Shown here in pieces: positions 37,710 through 47,002 of a stretch of DNA of 64,000 nucleotides. Within the stretch, counting starts at the first letter, position 1. Every line of letters begins with the position of its first letter. The notes under the pieces were generated by a model. The model was not told where the DNA came from and ran no database searches. It was given only the letters and a program-made list of their open reading frames with translations. The stretch covers positions 64,001 to 128,000 of the forward strand of contig JAVYWL010000001.1 of the NCBI GenBank assembly GCA_038727135.1. The letters are read 5' to 3'. The position numbers were made by a program, and so were the translations under genes. This DNA is from Candidatus Bathyarchaeia archaeon (lineage in GTDB: Archaea > Thermoproteota > Bathyarchaeia > Bathyarchaeales > Bathycorpusculaceae).

Positions 37710-40202
37710 GTGGAAGTGGTGAGAAGCTTAAAGCCGTTTTTAACTCTCGCACTAGCCATTACACTTGTATTGCAGTCTACATCCCTTCTTACACACACCA
37801 TGGTTTTTGGAGAACCCACAGACTTTGTTATAAAAAATGTTAACGTGAGGTCCTCAGCTGATACTCCTTATGTTTATCCGGGAAGCAGAAGGGTCAATTT
37901 GAAAGTTGAGGCAGCTTACCAAAACAGTACAACGGCGCGGAACGTTGTTGGATGGCTTAACATAACTGTGGAAGGCATAAGTTTCAGCTCTGGAAGCGGC
38001 GCATGTTCACCGGCGCGGTTGCTTAATGGAAGTGTAGCCGAAGAAGTAAGCTTAAACACGCATGTCACATTTGAATATTTAATTGACATTTCCAGCTCCG
38101 TAAAAAATGGCACATATCAGTTGGAACTTAACATCACATACGTGAAGGAAAACAGCATCACATTTGAAGCCCATCCAATAGCCATAACCGTTTCGCCTTA
38201 CCCAGAAGTTTCTCTGAGAATGGTGAATGCCTATTTTTCACCCGCCGCCTATCCAGGTTCTGTTGACACAAACCTCTATGTGATATTAGAAAACAATGGA
38301 AGCAGCACCATAAACTCTGCAAACTTTAATGTTACGCTTCCAGAGGGCTTTACGGTCAAGAATCCTAGGACGAGTATAGGACTCGTCAATAGGGGAGACC
38401 GTTTCACTATAACATTTACCGGGGTGTCTATTCCGCTAAACGCCCGGTTAGGAGCATACAATGCGACAATTTATGCGGATTATAGTGCCAGAACGGAGGA
38501 CGGAGTAGCCTACAGCACTACGGCGTCCTTCAACGTCACAGTTATGGTAGAGAACCCGCCTCCGGAAGAACCTATCATGATAGCGGCTGTAAACACGCTT
38601 TATAATGGGGAGCCCGCTCCGCTGCTTCAATCCGCCAGAGGCGTTGTCTTGCGAATCTATCTCATTAATAGGCTTTCAGATACCATAAGCACGATGATTG
38701 TAAACGTAACGCTTCCGGAAAACATTACGGTTAGAGGAGTTACTGGAACGTATATTAATGGGATGGGGCCGGGCGGCTCATGTTTTGTCGACTTAACAAT
38801 AGATGTCGCCCCAGAAATGGAGATTGGAAGACATGATTGCTCGCTGAATGTAACCTACCTCAAGATAGTTTCTGGCTGTTCCTTTCTCATGAGCCAAACT
38901 TTGAAGTTCCAAATAACTGTTGAAAGTCGCCACAGTATCATCGTTGACAGCTCAGCAATAGAAATTGTGGATGTAAGATGGTATGAAGGCTCGGTTGGAC
39001 CTAACACCTATGGCGCCCACCTAATAGTCCTCGTCAGAAACGTTTACATCGATGGCCTCCACGGAGCAGTGCTTGAACTTGACTTACCAGAGGGAATATG
39101 CAATTCTGCAGATAACTCCAGCCAAGTTAAAGCAGCACCCTTATCAGTGCAACTTCAACTACCCCAGCCACTGCAGGCACAAGACCTTACGGAAATATTA
39201 AACGCTTTTCTAAGCGCGCAGATAGCTAGCCCAGCGCAGATTTACGGCAGAGGCGATATCCTAACCTTCATGTTTAGCCTCAACTTGTTCGATATTGCCG
39301 TTGGAAATTACATTCTTGAAGGATATCTATCCTACATTGATGGATGGGGCGGCAACCGACAAATCCCGATTAAAGTGCCTGTTTCCATCCTCGGAAAGGC
39401 TGGATACATCGAAATAATCATGGATGAAACCATCAGCGTGAGAAGCCGATTCACAAACGCTTCCCTAACCCTTGTCAACCATGGAAGCTCACCAGTTTAT
39501 GATGCTTATGTGGTGATTTCGCCATACCAAGGAACGCCAATACTTATTGCTACGCCAGCGGTAAACTATATGGAGAGGATTCCTCCGGGAGAAAGCCTTG
39601 GAATCCCATTGACGTTAGCGTATAATCCATTCGGCTTTTACACGCAAACTGGCGGAGTCGCAGCTGTAACATATGGGCCGGTTCCGTTCACGGTCTCAGT
39701 AATTTACAGGGATGCTTGCGGCTATCAGCGCGTCTTTAACAATTCGATAGTTGTGACCGTCGAGCCCTTCATTGAGCTAGTTTTAAGGAACGTAAAAGCA
39801 ACCAGCACAGGAACAACATCCAAAATAACTGGAACCATTACGAATTATGGCTCTTCGGCGGCAAAGCGTGTCGAAGTAGAGGCGAAGATTGGAAGTGCCA
39901 CCGGAACATGGTTTATCGACGTTATCGACCCCGGCTCAGATGCAGTCTTCACAGTTGATGTTGGCGCGTATGCTGAATCGGCCACTTTAACAGTTAGGTA
40001 CTATAACGCATTCGATGAACTTGCCTCAAAGTCCATGAACGTTACAATAACCCTTCAAGAGGCCGCACAGCAACAGATTCAAGGCGAAGAATTCCCAATT
40101 GAAAGGTGGATTATTGTAGCGGGCGTCATAATATTTCTAGCCGTGGCAACCGTTTTAATATATAGAACTGTCAAGAAGTCAAAACTGGAAAGCAATCCCT
40201 AA
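37710..40202 (+). CDS. Membrane-anchored S-layer-like (COG1361-type) protein
   Basis: Signal peptide, beta-rich Ig-like segments with many N-x-S/T, C-terminal TM; lies between ABC ATPase and permease. Confidence 0.75.
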   Translation: MEVVRSLKPFLTLALAITLVLQSTSLLTHTMVFGEPTDFVIKNVNVRSSADTPYVYPGSRRVNLKVEAAYQNSTTARNVVGWLNITVEGISFSSGSGACSPARLLNGSVAEEVSLNTHVTFEYLIDISSSVKNGTYQLELNITYVKENSITFEAHPIAITVSPYPEVSLRMVNAYFSPAAYPGSVDTNLYVILENNGSSTINSANFNVTLPEGFTVKNPRTSIGLVNRGDRFTITFTGVSIPLNARLGAYNATIYADYSARTEDGVAYSTTASFNVTVMVENPPPEEPIMIAAVNTLYNGEPAPLLQSARGVVLRIYLINRLSDTISTMIVNVTLPENITVRGVTGTYINGMGPGGSCFVDLTIDVAPEMEIGRHDCSLNVTYLKIVSGCSFLMSQTLKFQITVESRHSIIVDSSAIEIVDVRWYEGSVGPNTYGAHLIVLVRNVYIDGLHGAVLELDLPEGICNSADNSSQVKAAPLSVQLQLPQPLQAQDLTEILNAFLSAQIASPAQIYGRGDILTFMFSLNLFDIAVGNYILEGYLSYIDGWGGNRQIPIKVPVSILGKAGYIEIIMDETISVRSRFTNASLTLVNHGSSPVYDAYVVISPYQGTPILIATPAVNYMERIPPGESLGIPLTLAYNPFGFYTQTGGVAAVTYGPVPFTVSVIYRDACGYQRVFNNSIVVTVEPFIELVLRNVKATSTGTTSKITGTITNYGSSAAKRVEVEAKIGSATGTWFIDVIDPGSDAVFTVDVGAYAESATLTVRYYNAFDELASKSMNVTITLQEAAQQQIQGEEFPIERWIIVAGVIIFLAVATVLIYRTVKKSKLESNP

Positions 40203-40211
40203 ACAGCAACG

Positions 40212-41429
40212 GTGAAAACCCAAATGCTTGCGGACTTCGTTAGGCTTTCGCTAAAAGCCCTAAGCGAAAGAAGAATGAGAGCCACACTAACAATAGTAGG
40301 GATAGCCATCGGCCCACTAGTCCTCGTCATGATGAGCTCGGTTGTTGGAAGCTACTCAAATTACATAGAGGAGAGAATAACATCGTTGGGGCAAAATGCC
40401 ATCGCCATTTTTCCAACAGAAAATTATCGGCTTGACGAAGAAGACCTAAACTACATTAGAGGTATCGAAGCTGTTAGAAGGGCTGAACCCTTCTATAATA
40501 CGCAAGGCATAGTTAAAAGGGGCGCAGAGGACGTTAAAGTGTCAATATTCGCTGTTGACTACAGCCTCCTTTTCGAAGCTATAGGAAGCCTAAAAATCGG
40601 CGAAGGCGACATACCAACGGAGCGCTTATACGTCATAATAGGGCGGAAAATAGCCTACAAAGACAACGAAAAATACTTTCGCCTAGAAGACGGATTAATT
40701 GTGACTGTTCCAAAGATTGAGGGAGGCAAAATAACTGGCAGAAGATCAATAGGAGTGCGGGTCGGCGCCATCCTCGAAGAGTATGGTGGCGCATTAATAG
40801 TAGATCCGGACTCAACGATCTTCATGTGTCTGGAGGCTGGCAAGAGTTCTCTTGGAATGGACAGATGGTCAGGAATTCTCGTTTTAGTAAATGATCCAGC
40901 TAACGTTAAGCCAGTTGTCTCAACTTTGAGACAATATTATGAGGATAAAGCCCAAATAATCGCTTTCAGCTCAATAGCTGAGGCTGTCTCCAGCGTTACT
41001 GGGGCGATAAACTTCATAAACTTTTCAACCTCGCTTTCAGCCTTCGCCGTCGCCATAGCCGGAGTAGCAGCAACAATGATAACATCCGTTATGGAACGCA
41101 CAAGAGAGATAGGCGTAATGAAGGCGATAGGTTATACGAATAGGCAAATTCTTCTACTAATTCTCATGGAGTCAATAGTTATGAGCCTCGTCGGCGGAAC
41201 AGCCGGAATATCAATAGGTGTTGTGGGCGCCTACATACTAGCTTCAAGAGGTTTCACAATAGGTGGCATAGGCGAAGGCGGAATAACCCTACAACTAAGC
41301 CCCTTAATAACGCCAACCCTCATAACCCAAACACTAGCCCTAACAATATTTATCGGCTTGGTGGGCGGAATCCTCCCAGCTTACAGAGCCTCAAAAATCC
41401 CGCCGGTAGTAGCCCTAAGATACGAATGA
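40212..41429 (+). CDS. ABC permease (MacB/FtsX family)
   Basis: RATLTIVGIAIG, SVMERTREIGVMKAIG, PAYRASKIPPVVALRYE. Confidence 0.93.
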   Translation: MKTQMLADFVRLSLKALSERRMRATLTIVGIAIGPLVLVMMSSVVGSYSNYIEERITSLGQNAIAIFPTENYRLDEEDLNYIRGIEAVRRAEPFYNTQGIVKRGAEDVKVSIFAVDYSLLFEAIGSLKIGEGDIPTERLYVIIGRKIAYKDNEKYFRLEDGLIVTVPKIEGGKITGRRSIGVRVGAILEEYGGALIVDPDSTIFMCLEAGKSSLGMDRWSGILVLVNDPANVKPVVSTLRQYYEDKAQIIAFSSIAEAVSSVTGAINFINFSTSLSAFAVAIAGVAATMITSVMERTREIGVMKAIGYTNRQILLLILMESIVMSLVGGTAGISIGVVGAYILASRGFTIGGIGEGGITLQLSPLITPTLITQTLALTIFIGLVGGILPAYRASKIPPVVALRYE

Positions 41430-42596
41430 TCATAGCCAAACCATTCCGAAGGCTAAGAAACGAAACGCCAACACACTAATTATGCTGCTGAGAAGTGAAA
41501 CAGAAATGCTTCTTGCCCACGGGAAATTAAACAATAAATGCACGGCAATACTACATAAAACTACAACCCAACCATAATACATTATTCTCTCTAAAACATT
41601 ATATTGAATAAAGAATATGGACATATAGTTCTGCACATCCCTCGTTAAACCTTCTCCGGGAACTCCACCCAATGTTTCTAAGGATAAACGCATTTCAGGA
41701 TACGCCAGAACAATCCCGGTAAGAATCAGATTCTGCACAAAAAGGGATACAAGCGCGAACCCGGATATCACAAGCATAGTTTTCCAAACAGGCTGAGCCT
41801 TAAATAAACGCGAAAATAAGTAAAGGATAACCCCCAAAATGAACCATTGCATAAAGAATATCATAAACGCATTTACCACAGAGTATAAAACCATCGTGCC
41901 ACCATAAATCTCAAACTCGGATTTGTAAAAACCATGAAAGAAAACTCCATCAACCAGAACTGTAATGTTTTTGTTAGATGGCCATTCTAATTTAAACATT
42001 AAACTAGTAATATTGGACCAGTTACCATTGAAGCTTGAAAAATCGCTTAACAAGATTGTTTTGTTATCCCAAACGCCAACCCTTATGGGGCTGCTCTGCA
42101 GGGAATAGTTAAAGTATTTACCTGTGGAATTTTCTGAGAACAAATAAATGCTCATGTTTGAAGGAGGAGCATCCGAAGGCTCAACTATCTTTATCCTAAA
42201 TGTCAAATTTGTATAGTGGTTTGGCTCAATACAGTTTAATGCTTCTGGAATTTTTAGTTCCATGGAAATTAAGCTGCTGTTTTCTAGCTTGAATTGGATG
42301 CTTTTGTTTCCGTAACGGTCGCCTTTAATATAATCTGTAGTATTTACGGATACGGCTGCATTTTTTTCATTCGAAGACCAGAAGTTGACATTTTCCGTCC
42401 ACTTGTCTGATTCAGACAGTGATGGAGCTGTTTGATCATAGTAAACTCGTGTAGAGAGGACGTAATAAAATCCGGAGAAGGATAATACGAACAAGAGCAT
42501 GATTATTAGTGGTCCTTTGTACTGTGGTTTTTGTATTATTTCTTTGAAGGCTTTGTGTGGTGCATATATGACGCGTAAGACTTCATGCATGGACAT
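41430..42596 (-). CDS. Yip1-like membrane protein with an inserted extracellular domain
   Basis: VIYAPHKAFKEI Yip1-type start, one N-terminal plus about four C-terminal TM helices. Confidence 0.65.
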   Translation of the reverse strand: MSMHEVLRVIYAPHKAFKEIIQKPQYKGPLIIMLLFVLSFSGFYYVLSTRVYYDQTAPSLSESDKWTENVNFWSSNEKNAAVSVNTTDYIKGDRYGNKSIQFKLENSSLISMELKIPEALNCIEPNHYTNLTFRIKIVEPSDAPPSNMSIYLFSENSTGKYFNYSLQSSPIRVGVWDNKTILLSDFSSFNGNWSNITSLMFKLEWPSNKNITVLVDGVFFHGFYKSEFEIYGGTMVLYSVVNAFMIFFMQWFILGVILYLFSRLFKAQPVWKTMLVISGFALVSLFVQNLILTGIVLAYPEMRLSLETLGGVPGEGLTRDVQNYMSIFFIQYNVLERIMYYGWVVVLCSIAVHLLFNFPWARSISVSLLSSIISVLAFRFLAFGMVWL

Positions 42597-42646
42597 TTAT
42601 TTTAGCTCCGCGGTATTTTGTTGCCAGCACTATTATTAAAGGTTGC

Positions 42647-44155
42647 TTACATGCCAGCTTTAAGTCGTCTATATGTGTTGTAGTCCACATATTCCAAGAA
42701 CGGGTTTTCCGCTTGATATTTAACGGTGAGTTTTTGGCGCTGCCTTTTTTCAAGAATTTGGCTTGTTGTTATGAAGGAGTAGGCGTCGCTTCCAGCTCCA
42801 GAGCCATAGCTTACTATTAGTATACGTTCGTTGGGCTTTGCTATGTCGAGGACTGCTGCCAAGCCAACCGGTGATGAGCCAGAATATGTGTTGCCAAACT
42901 TTGCCACTTGAATTGAGGGTATATACTGCTCTTCTTTAAAGCCTAGTTCGCGAGCTATTCTTATTGGGAATTGGATGTTTGGCTGATGGGCCACAAAATA
43001 GTTTATGTCGCTTGGTTTTAAGCCCAGCCTATCCATAAGCTTCTTTGCAGCTTTTCTTATGTGTTTGAAGTAGGCTGGGTCGCCTGTGAATCGTCCACCA
43101 TGCATTGGGTAGGGTTCGCCGTCTCTCCGCCAGAAGTCTGGCGTATCAGAGGTGCATGAGTACCAGCCTTCAAGCTCTGCTATGACATCTGTTTTTCCGA
43201 ATATGTAGGCGCATCCGCCATAACCGACGAAAAAGTCTAGCTCCCCACCTGGAGAGTCTCTTGGAGCCGCTTGTGAGTTGTCCGCTCCAATAACCATGGC
43301 GTATGGAAAGCCCATCTTTGGATAGCTGACAAGCGATGCGGCGTCCTTAAACATGCTTGTAGCCGCCTTACAGGCGAATTCTGTGTCAACGGCGTCAACG
43401 CCTTGAACATCCTCGTCTTCTTCGCCGAGCTTAAGGACCTGGGCAACCTTTGAAGCTATGGGTTTAACAGCATAGGGATTCGATTCTGAGCCAACGTAAA
43501 CTTTGCCAATAAGCGAGCTATCCACCCCAGAGTGAATTAGGGCGAGTTTTCCGGCTTCAACAGCTGCTGTTATGGCATCCTCATCTATGAATGGGACGGA
43601 ACGTTCTATGCCGCCCTCTCTAATTCTAAACTTGGACGTGTATACGCCGTAGCCAACTATGCCCGGAGTATCATACTCCTTGCATGGCTTTATTACATGG
43701 TACTCTTGATGTGGATAATATTCGTCGGCGAAGGTGAAAGCCAAGGAAATCGTCGGGATTATTTCGCTTTTCTCAACAGAATAGCGTCTCCTAAACCTTG
43801 GGACAACCTCCCTACCTTCAAGGGCTGAAAAGTCTATGGTTTCGCCATCCCCTATTATTTTGTCTGTAAGCCTTCCCGGAACTCTTATCTTGCCGTTGTG
43901 AAAGGAAACTATGCCGTAAATGTATGTGCCAAGCTTTGTAAACTTGTTTGTCGGTTCATTGACAAGGGTGCAAAGCTCAAGTCTGCCCTTCTCATAGAAG
44001 AAGTCAATGTCCTCCATTTTTCCGAAGCTTTTTCTTCCGCAGTTTCCGCAGTAATCCCTTATTTCAAAATATTCTTTTCCACAGATTTGGCATCTTCTAC
44101 CCCTAAGCCTATCGCCAAGATAGGAAACACGCCTTTCTATTGGTTCGCTGCTCAT
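42647..44155 (-). CDS. HMG-CoA synthase with N-terminal DUF35 (Zn-ribbon/OB-fold) fusion
   Basis: N-terminal CQIC..CGNC and OB region ending PRFRR; then DED, GSES.PYAVKP, EFACKA, DTPDFWRR, HQPN, GNTYSG, SYGSGAGSD. Confidence 0.92.
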   Translation of the reverse strand: MSSEPIERRVSYLGDRLRGRRCQICGKEYFEIRDYCGNCGRKSFGKMEDIDFFYEKGRLELCTLVNEPTNKFTKLGTYIYGIVSFHNGKIRVPGRLTDKIIGDGETIDFSALEGREVVPRFRRRYSVEKSEIIPTISLAFTFADEYYPHQEYHVIKPCKEYDTPGIVGYGVYTSKFRIREGGIERSVPFIDEDAITAAVEAGKLALIHSGVDSSLIGKVYVGSESNPYAVKPIASKVAQVLKLGEEDEDVQGVDAVDTEFACKAATSMFKDAASLVSYPKMGFPYAMVIGADNSQAAPRDSPGGELDFFVGYGGCAYIFGKTDVIAELEGWYSCTSDTPDFWRRDGEPYPMHGGRFTGDPAYFKHIRKAAKKLMDRLGLKPSDINYFVAHQPNIQFPIRIARELGFKEEQYIPSIQVAKFGNTYSGSSPVGLAAVLDIAKPNERILIVSYGSGAGSDAYSFITTSQILEKRQRQKLTVKYQAENPFLEYVDYNTYRRLKAGM

Positions 44156-45355
44156 TTAGAAGCCTCCTCCCAAAATGTGAACATAACTTTTAGTGCCGAA
44201 ACCCTCAAGCTCGAGCACACAGCCATACTTTAACGCTTCATCAGTTTTTATTTGGCGTTCACCAGCTTCGCCCCTAAGCTGCTTAACAACTTCGTAAATT
44301 TGGGCTCCACCAGTGGCGCCCAGCGGGTTTCCATCAGCCTTTAAGCCGCCATTCGTATTAACAAAAAGCTTCTTCCCATTCACCTCGTAGTAGCCCTTAT
44401 AGTCTTTGCAGCTTTCAAAGATGGTTTTCCAAGCTGTTCCCCGCTCGCAGAAGCCTAAATCCTCGAGGGAAACCATTTCCATAACGGTTGATTGGTCGTA
44501 AACCTCCAAAACTTGTATGTCCCATAGGCTTATCCCAGCAGTTTTAAGGGCTTTTTCTATGGCTAGGCGGGTCGCAATAAAACCAGTCATGTCTTCACGG
44601 GCTGGAAAAGTTAGGTAGTCGGTGGCTGACGCGGAGCCAAGTACATAAATTGGCTTGTCAGTCAGCTTTTTAGCTGCTTCCTCGCCGGCTAAAATCACTG
44701 CGGAAGCGCCGTCAGATATAGGTGCAAAATCATAAAGCCCCAATGGGCGCCTCGCGTTTCTTCTGGCTTCCAGCACTTGCTCAACTGTTATTTTCCGCTG
44801 GAACTGGGCGTACTCATTTTTCAAGGCATTCAAATGATTTTTAACAGAGATTTGTGCCAAGGCGATGCCTAACTTTTCAAGGTTCTCGCCGCTTATTCCA
44901 TAGCGCTTAATGTAAGCCCTAAGCATAAGCTCATGGTTGGCTTCAGGTGTGCATCCAGCATAGTAACTCCAAGGGTCTTCAAGAAGCATTAGGTCGTCCC
45001 GGATTTTGTCCCAGCGGTCTGTCATTTTCTCTATGCCGCCTACAAGAACTATGTCATACTTTCCCGCTTGAATGGCGTTACAGGCGTTGGAGAAGGCTGA
45101 ACTGAAGGAGCGCACAACATCCATAGGCACATGTAGTTCGGTCAACTCCGATAGGAAACCCTCTTCAAGCCCGAGCTTATTTGTTATCGGCAGAAAATAA
45201 TCCGATAAGTAACATGCCTCTAAGTCTTTACGTTCAATTCCAGCCTCCTCTGAAGCTCTGAGCCAAGCCTCCTCGATAAGGCGTTCAGGCTGCTTCTCGT
45301 AATGCTCCCCAAACTTTGTCCTACCAGCCGCAACAATCACTGGACGATTTCCCAT
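44156..45355 (-). CDS. Thiolase-family protein with degenerate active site
   Basis: GRTKFGE, GGIEKM, APISDGASA, NTNGGLKA..GATG; canonical Cys and His motifs altered. Confidence 0.85.
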   Translation of the reverse strand: MGNRPVIVAAGRTKFGEHYEKQPERLIEEAWLRASEEAGIERKDLEACYLSDYFLPITNKLGLEEGFLSELTELHVPMDVVRSFSSAFSNACNAIQAGKYDIVLVGGIEKMTDRWDKIRDDLMLLEDPWSYYAGCTPEANHELMLRAYIKRYGISGENLEKLGIALAQISVKNHLNALKNEYAQFQRKITVEQVLEARRNARRPLGLYDFAPISDGASAVILAGEEAAKKLTDKPIYVLGSASATDYLTFPAREDMTGFIATRLAIEKALKTAGISLWDIQVLEVYDQSTVMEMVSLEDLGFCERGTAWKTIFESCKDYKGYYEVNGKKLFVNTNGGLKADGNPLGATGGAQIYEVVKQLRGEAGERQIKTDEALKYGCVLELEGFGTKSYVHILGGGF

Positions 45356-45606
45356 AGCTGCACGCCTCTTACTGTAGCAATTATCCCTTCCAACAAGGCT
45401 TTTAAGTGTTTGCCAAACCAACGCTTTAAACCATAAAACATTAACAAAAATTGATGCACAGTTCTAGCGAGGCAAATGGTCATGACATCTAAGGAAAAGT
45501 ACCGTCTAATCATAACCGTCAAGGAAATAAGGGAACAGACAACATATTGGTTCACGCCCTTGGTTGCATGCTTTCCTTGCCTGTGCCATCAAGCAGCGGA
45601 ATAAGC

Positions 45607-45762
45607 TTAAAAACCTGGGCTTGGGGAAACCTTGTCGTCGGCGCTTAAGTAGACTGGATAGCCCTTTGTTATGTTGGCTGCTGCTTCAAAGGTTTCGATT
45701 ATGGCGTTTGGGTCGTCTGTTTCGCCAGCAGCCATCCAAGGTTTTCCCGTCAAATCAGCCAT
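45607..45762 (-). pseudogene. Truncated capsid cement/decoration (DUF2190-like) gene
   Basis: MADLTGKPWMAAGETDDPNAIIETFEAAANITKGYPVYLSADDKVSPSPGF*; SD-like GGAGTGA; stops after 51 aa. Confidence 0.55.
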
Positions 45763-45792
45763 GTGCTTTCACTCCATCTTTTTCTTTTGGTT

Positions 45793-45972
45793 TCAGCCAA
45801 TTCGTCTTGGCTTACTCCCAGCCACACGAAGTGACCGTAATTCGGGATGTGAATAACATGAAATGTGGAAATGGTTGCCTTGGGCGTCTGTAATGTAGCC
45901 TTCAACAGCATTGTCTATGAGCTTACCACACGCCTTGCATTTTCCAACTATAAAGCTGGGTTTCTCACTCAT
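45793..45972 (-). CDS. Small Zn-finger protein (59 aa, not in ORF track)
   Basis: MSEKPSFIVGKCKACGK...HFHISC: CxxC...HxxC. Confidence 0.6.
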   Translation of the reverse strand: MSEKPSFIVGKCKACGKLIDNAVEGYITDAQGNHFHISCYSHPELRSLRVAGSKPRRIG

Positions 45973-45985
45973 TATTTATTCCTCT

Positions 45986-47002
45986 TTACATGGCGTAAAC
46001 ACGGCTGCTAAGCCTAAAGCTGGTTTGGGCGGTTCCGCCATTTCGATATGCTACACGCACATAACGCAAGGTTATGGCATGCTGCTGTATAGATGCCACC
46101 TGCACCGTTGAGCCGTCAGGATTTGTAACCGCTTGAGTTGCTTGATTACGCACTGTAACCCAAGTTGAGCCGTCTGGGCTTTCCTGAATCATTAAAGTGC
46201 CAGCTTGATCGCTGACCGCATGGACGTTAATAAAGGCGTAATGGTCGTAGGGTGAACTGCTGCTTATCTGCGTGTCCCGAGAAGTGCCAGTAAAGGAAGC
46301 GTTAGCTCCAAGCGCAGTTGTGGAATCCGCGTAAGGCGTGGCCAAGAGACGGGCTGAAGGCACAATTATGCCTATTCTGTTGGTTCCGGCGGCGAGGGCT
46401 CCAGCATGTAATATGGGTATGCCAACGTTTGCTTGGGCTCCGCCAGAGCCTACGCCGAGCCATGTTCCAACAAGCTCCGGGTAAACAGCTACAAGGTCTA
46501 TTTGGCTTGTGCCTGTGCTGAGGTTTTTGAGGCTTATGGATAACGGCTTGTTGGGTATTTTGCTTCCTTGGTATGGTCCGTAGAAGGTTCCGTTAACCCA
46601 TATTACTATGGCGTCTGGTTCCCAGAGGATTACGAAAACGTTGTAGCTGGTTTCTGTGATGGAAACTGCTGTTATTCCTTCTGTGGGGTCAACGGTGCTT
46701 TTGTAGCGTAGGTTTCCTCCGCTCCAGACAACATAATCGTTTAAGCCGTCGTCAAAGCCTATGCGCAAGTTTCCAGAAGCAGAAGCCTTTGCAACAACTA
46801 TTAAAATGCCGTAGAGAAACTTCCTTTTGCTTCTAACTTCTGTGTTGGCTCCTGAAAGCGAAAGAATGCTGTCCGCGAGGCTAGGCGAACCAGCAATAAT
46901 ATCCCACTGTTCAAGGCTGTCAAAGTCATCTCGGAACACGTAACGCCCAGAAATTGCAGCCTGCCCAACAGGCTCTGGAATATTAGCCAGCTTTTCAGCC
47001 AA
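45986..47002 (-). CDS. Putative virion surface protein with a ConA/GH16-like domain
   Basis: FRDDF...YNVFVILWEPDAIVIWVNG; TTG start overlaps the protease stop. Confidence 0.6.
   Translation of the reverse strand: MAEKLANIPEPVGQAAISGRYVFRDDFDSLEQWDIIAGSPSLADSILSLSGANTEVRSKRKFLYGILIVVAKASASGNLRIGFDDGLNDYVVWSGGNLRYKSTVDPTEGITAVSITETSYNVFVILWEPDAIVIWVNGTFYGPYQGSKIPNKPLSISLKNLSTGTSQIDLVAVYPELVGTWLGVGSGGAQANVGIPILHAGALAAGTNRIGIIVPSARLLATPYADSTTALGANASFTGTSRDTQISSSSPYDHYAFINVHAVSDQAGTLMIQESPDGSTWVTVRNQATQAVTNPDGSTVQVASIQQHAITLRYVRVAYRNGGTAQTSFRLSSRVYAM

Noticed and set aside
45420-45610. Second att site at the provirus left end
   Set aside because: No match to the tRNA-Glu 3' half was seen
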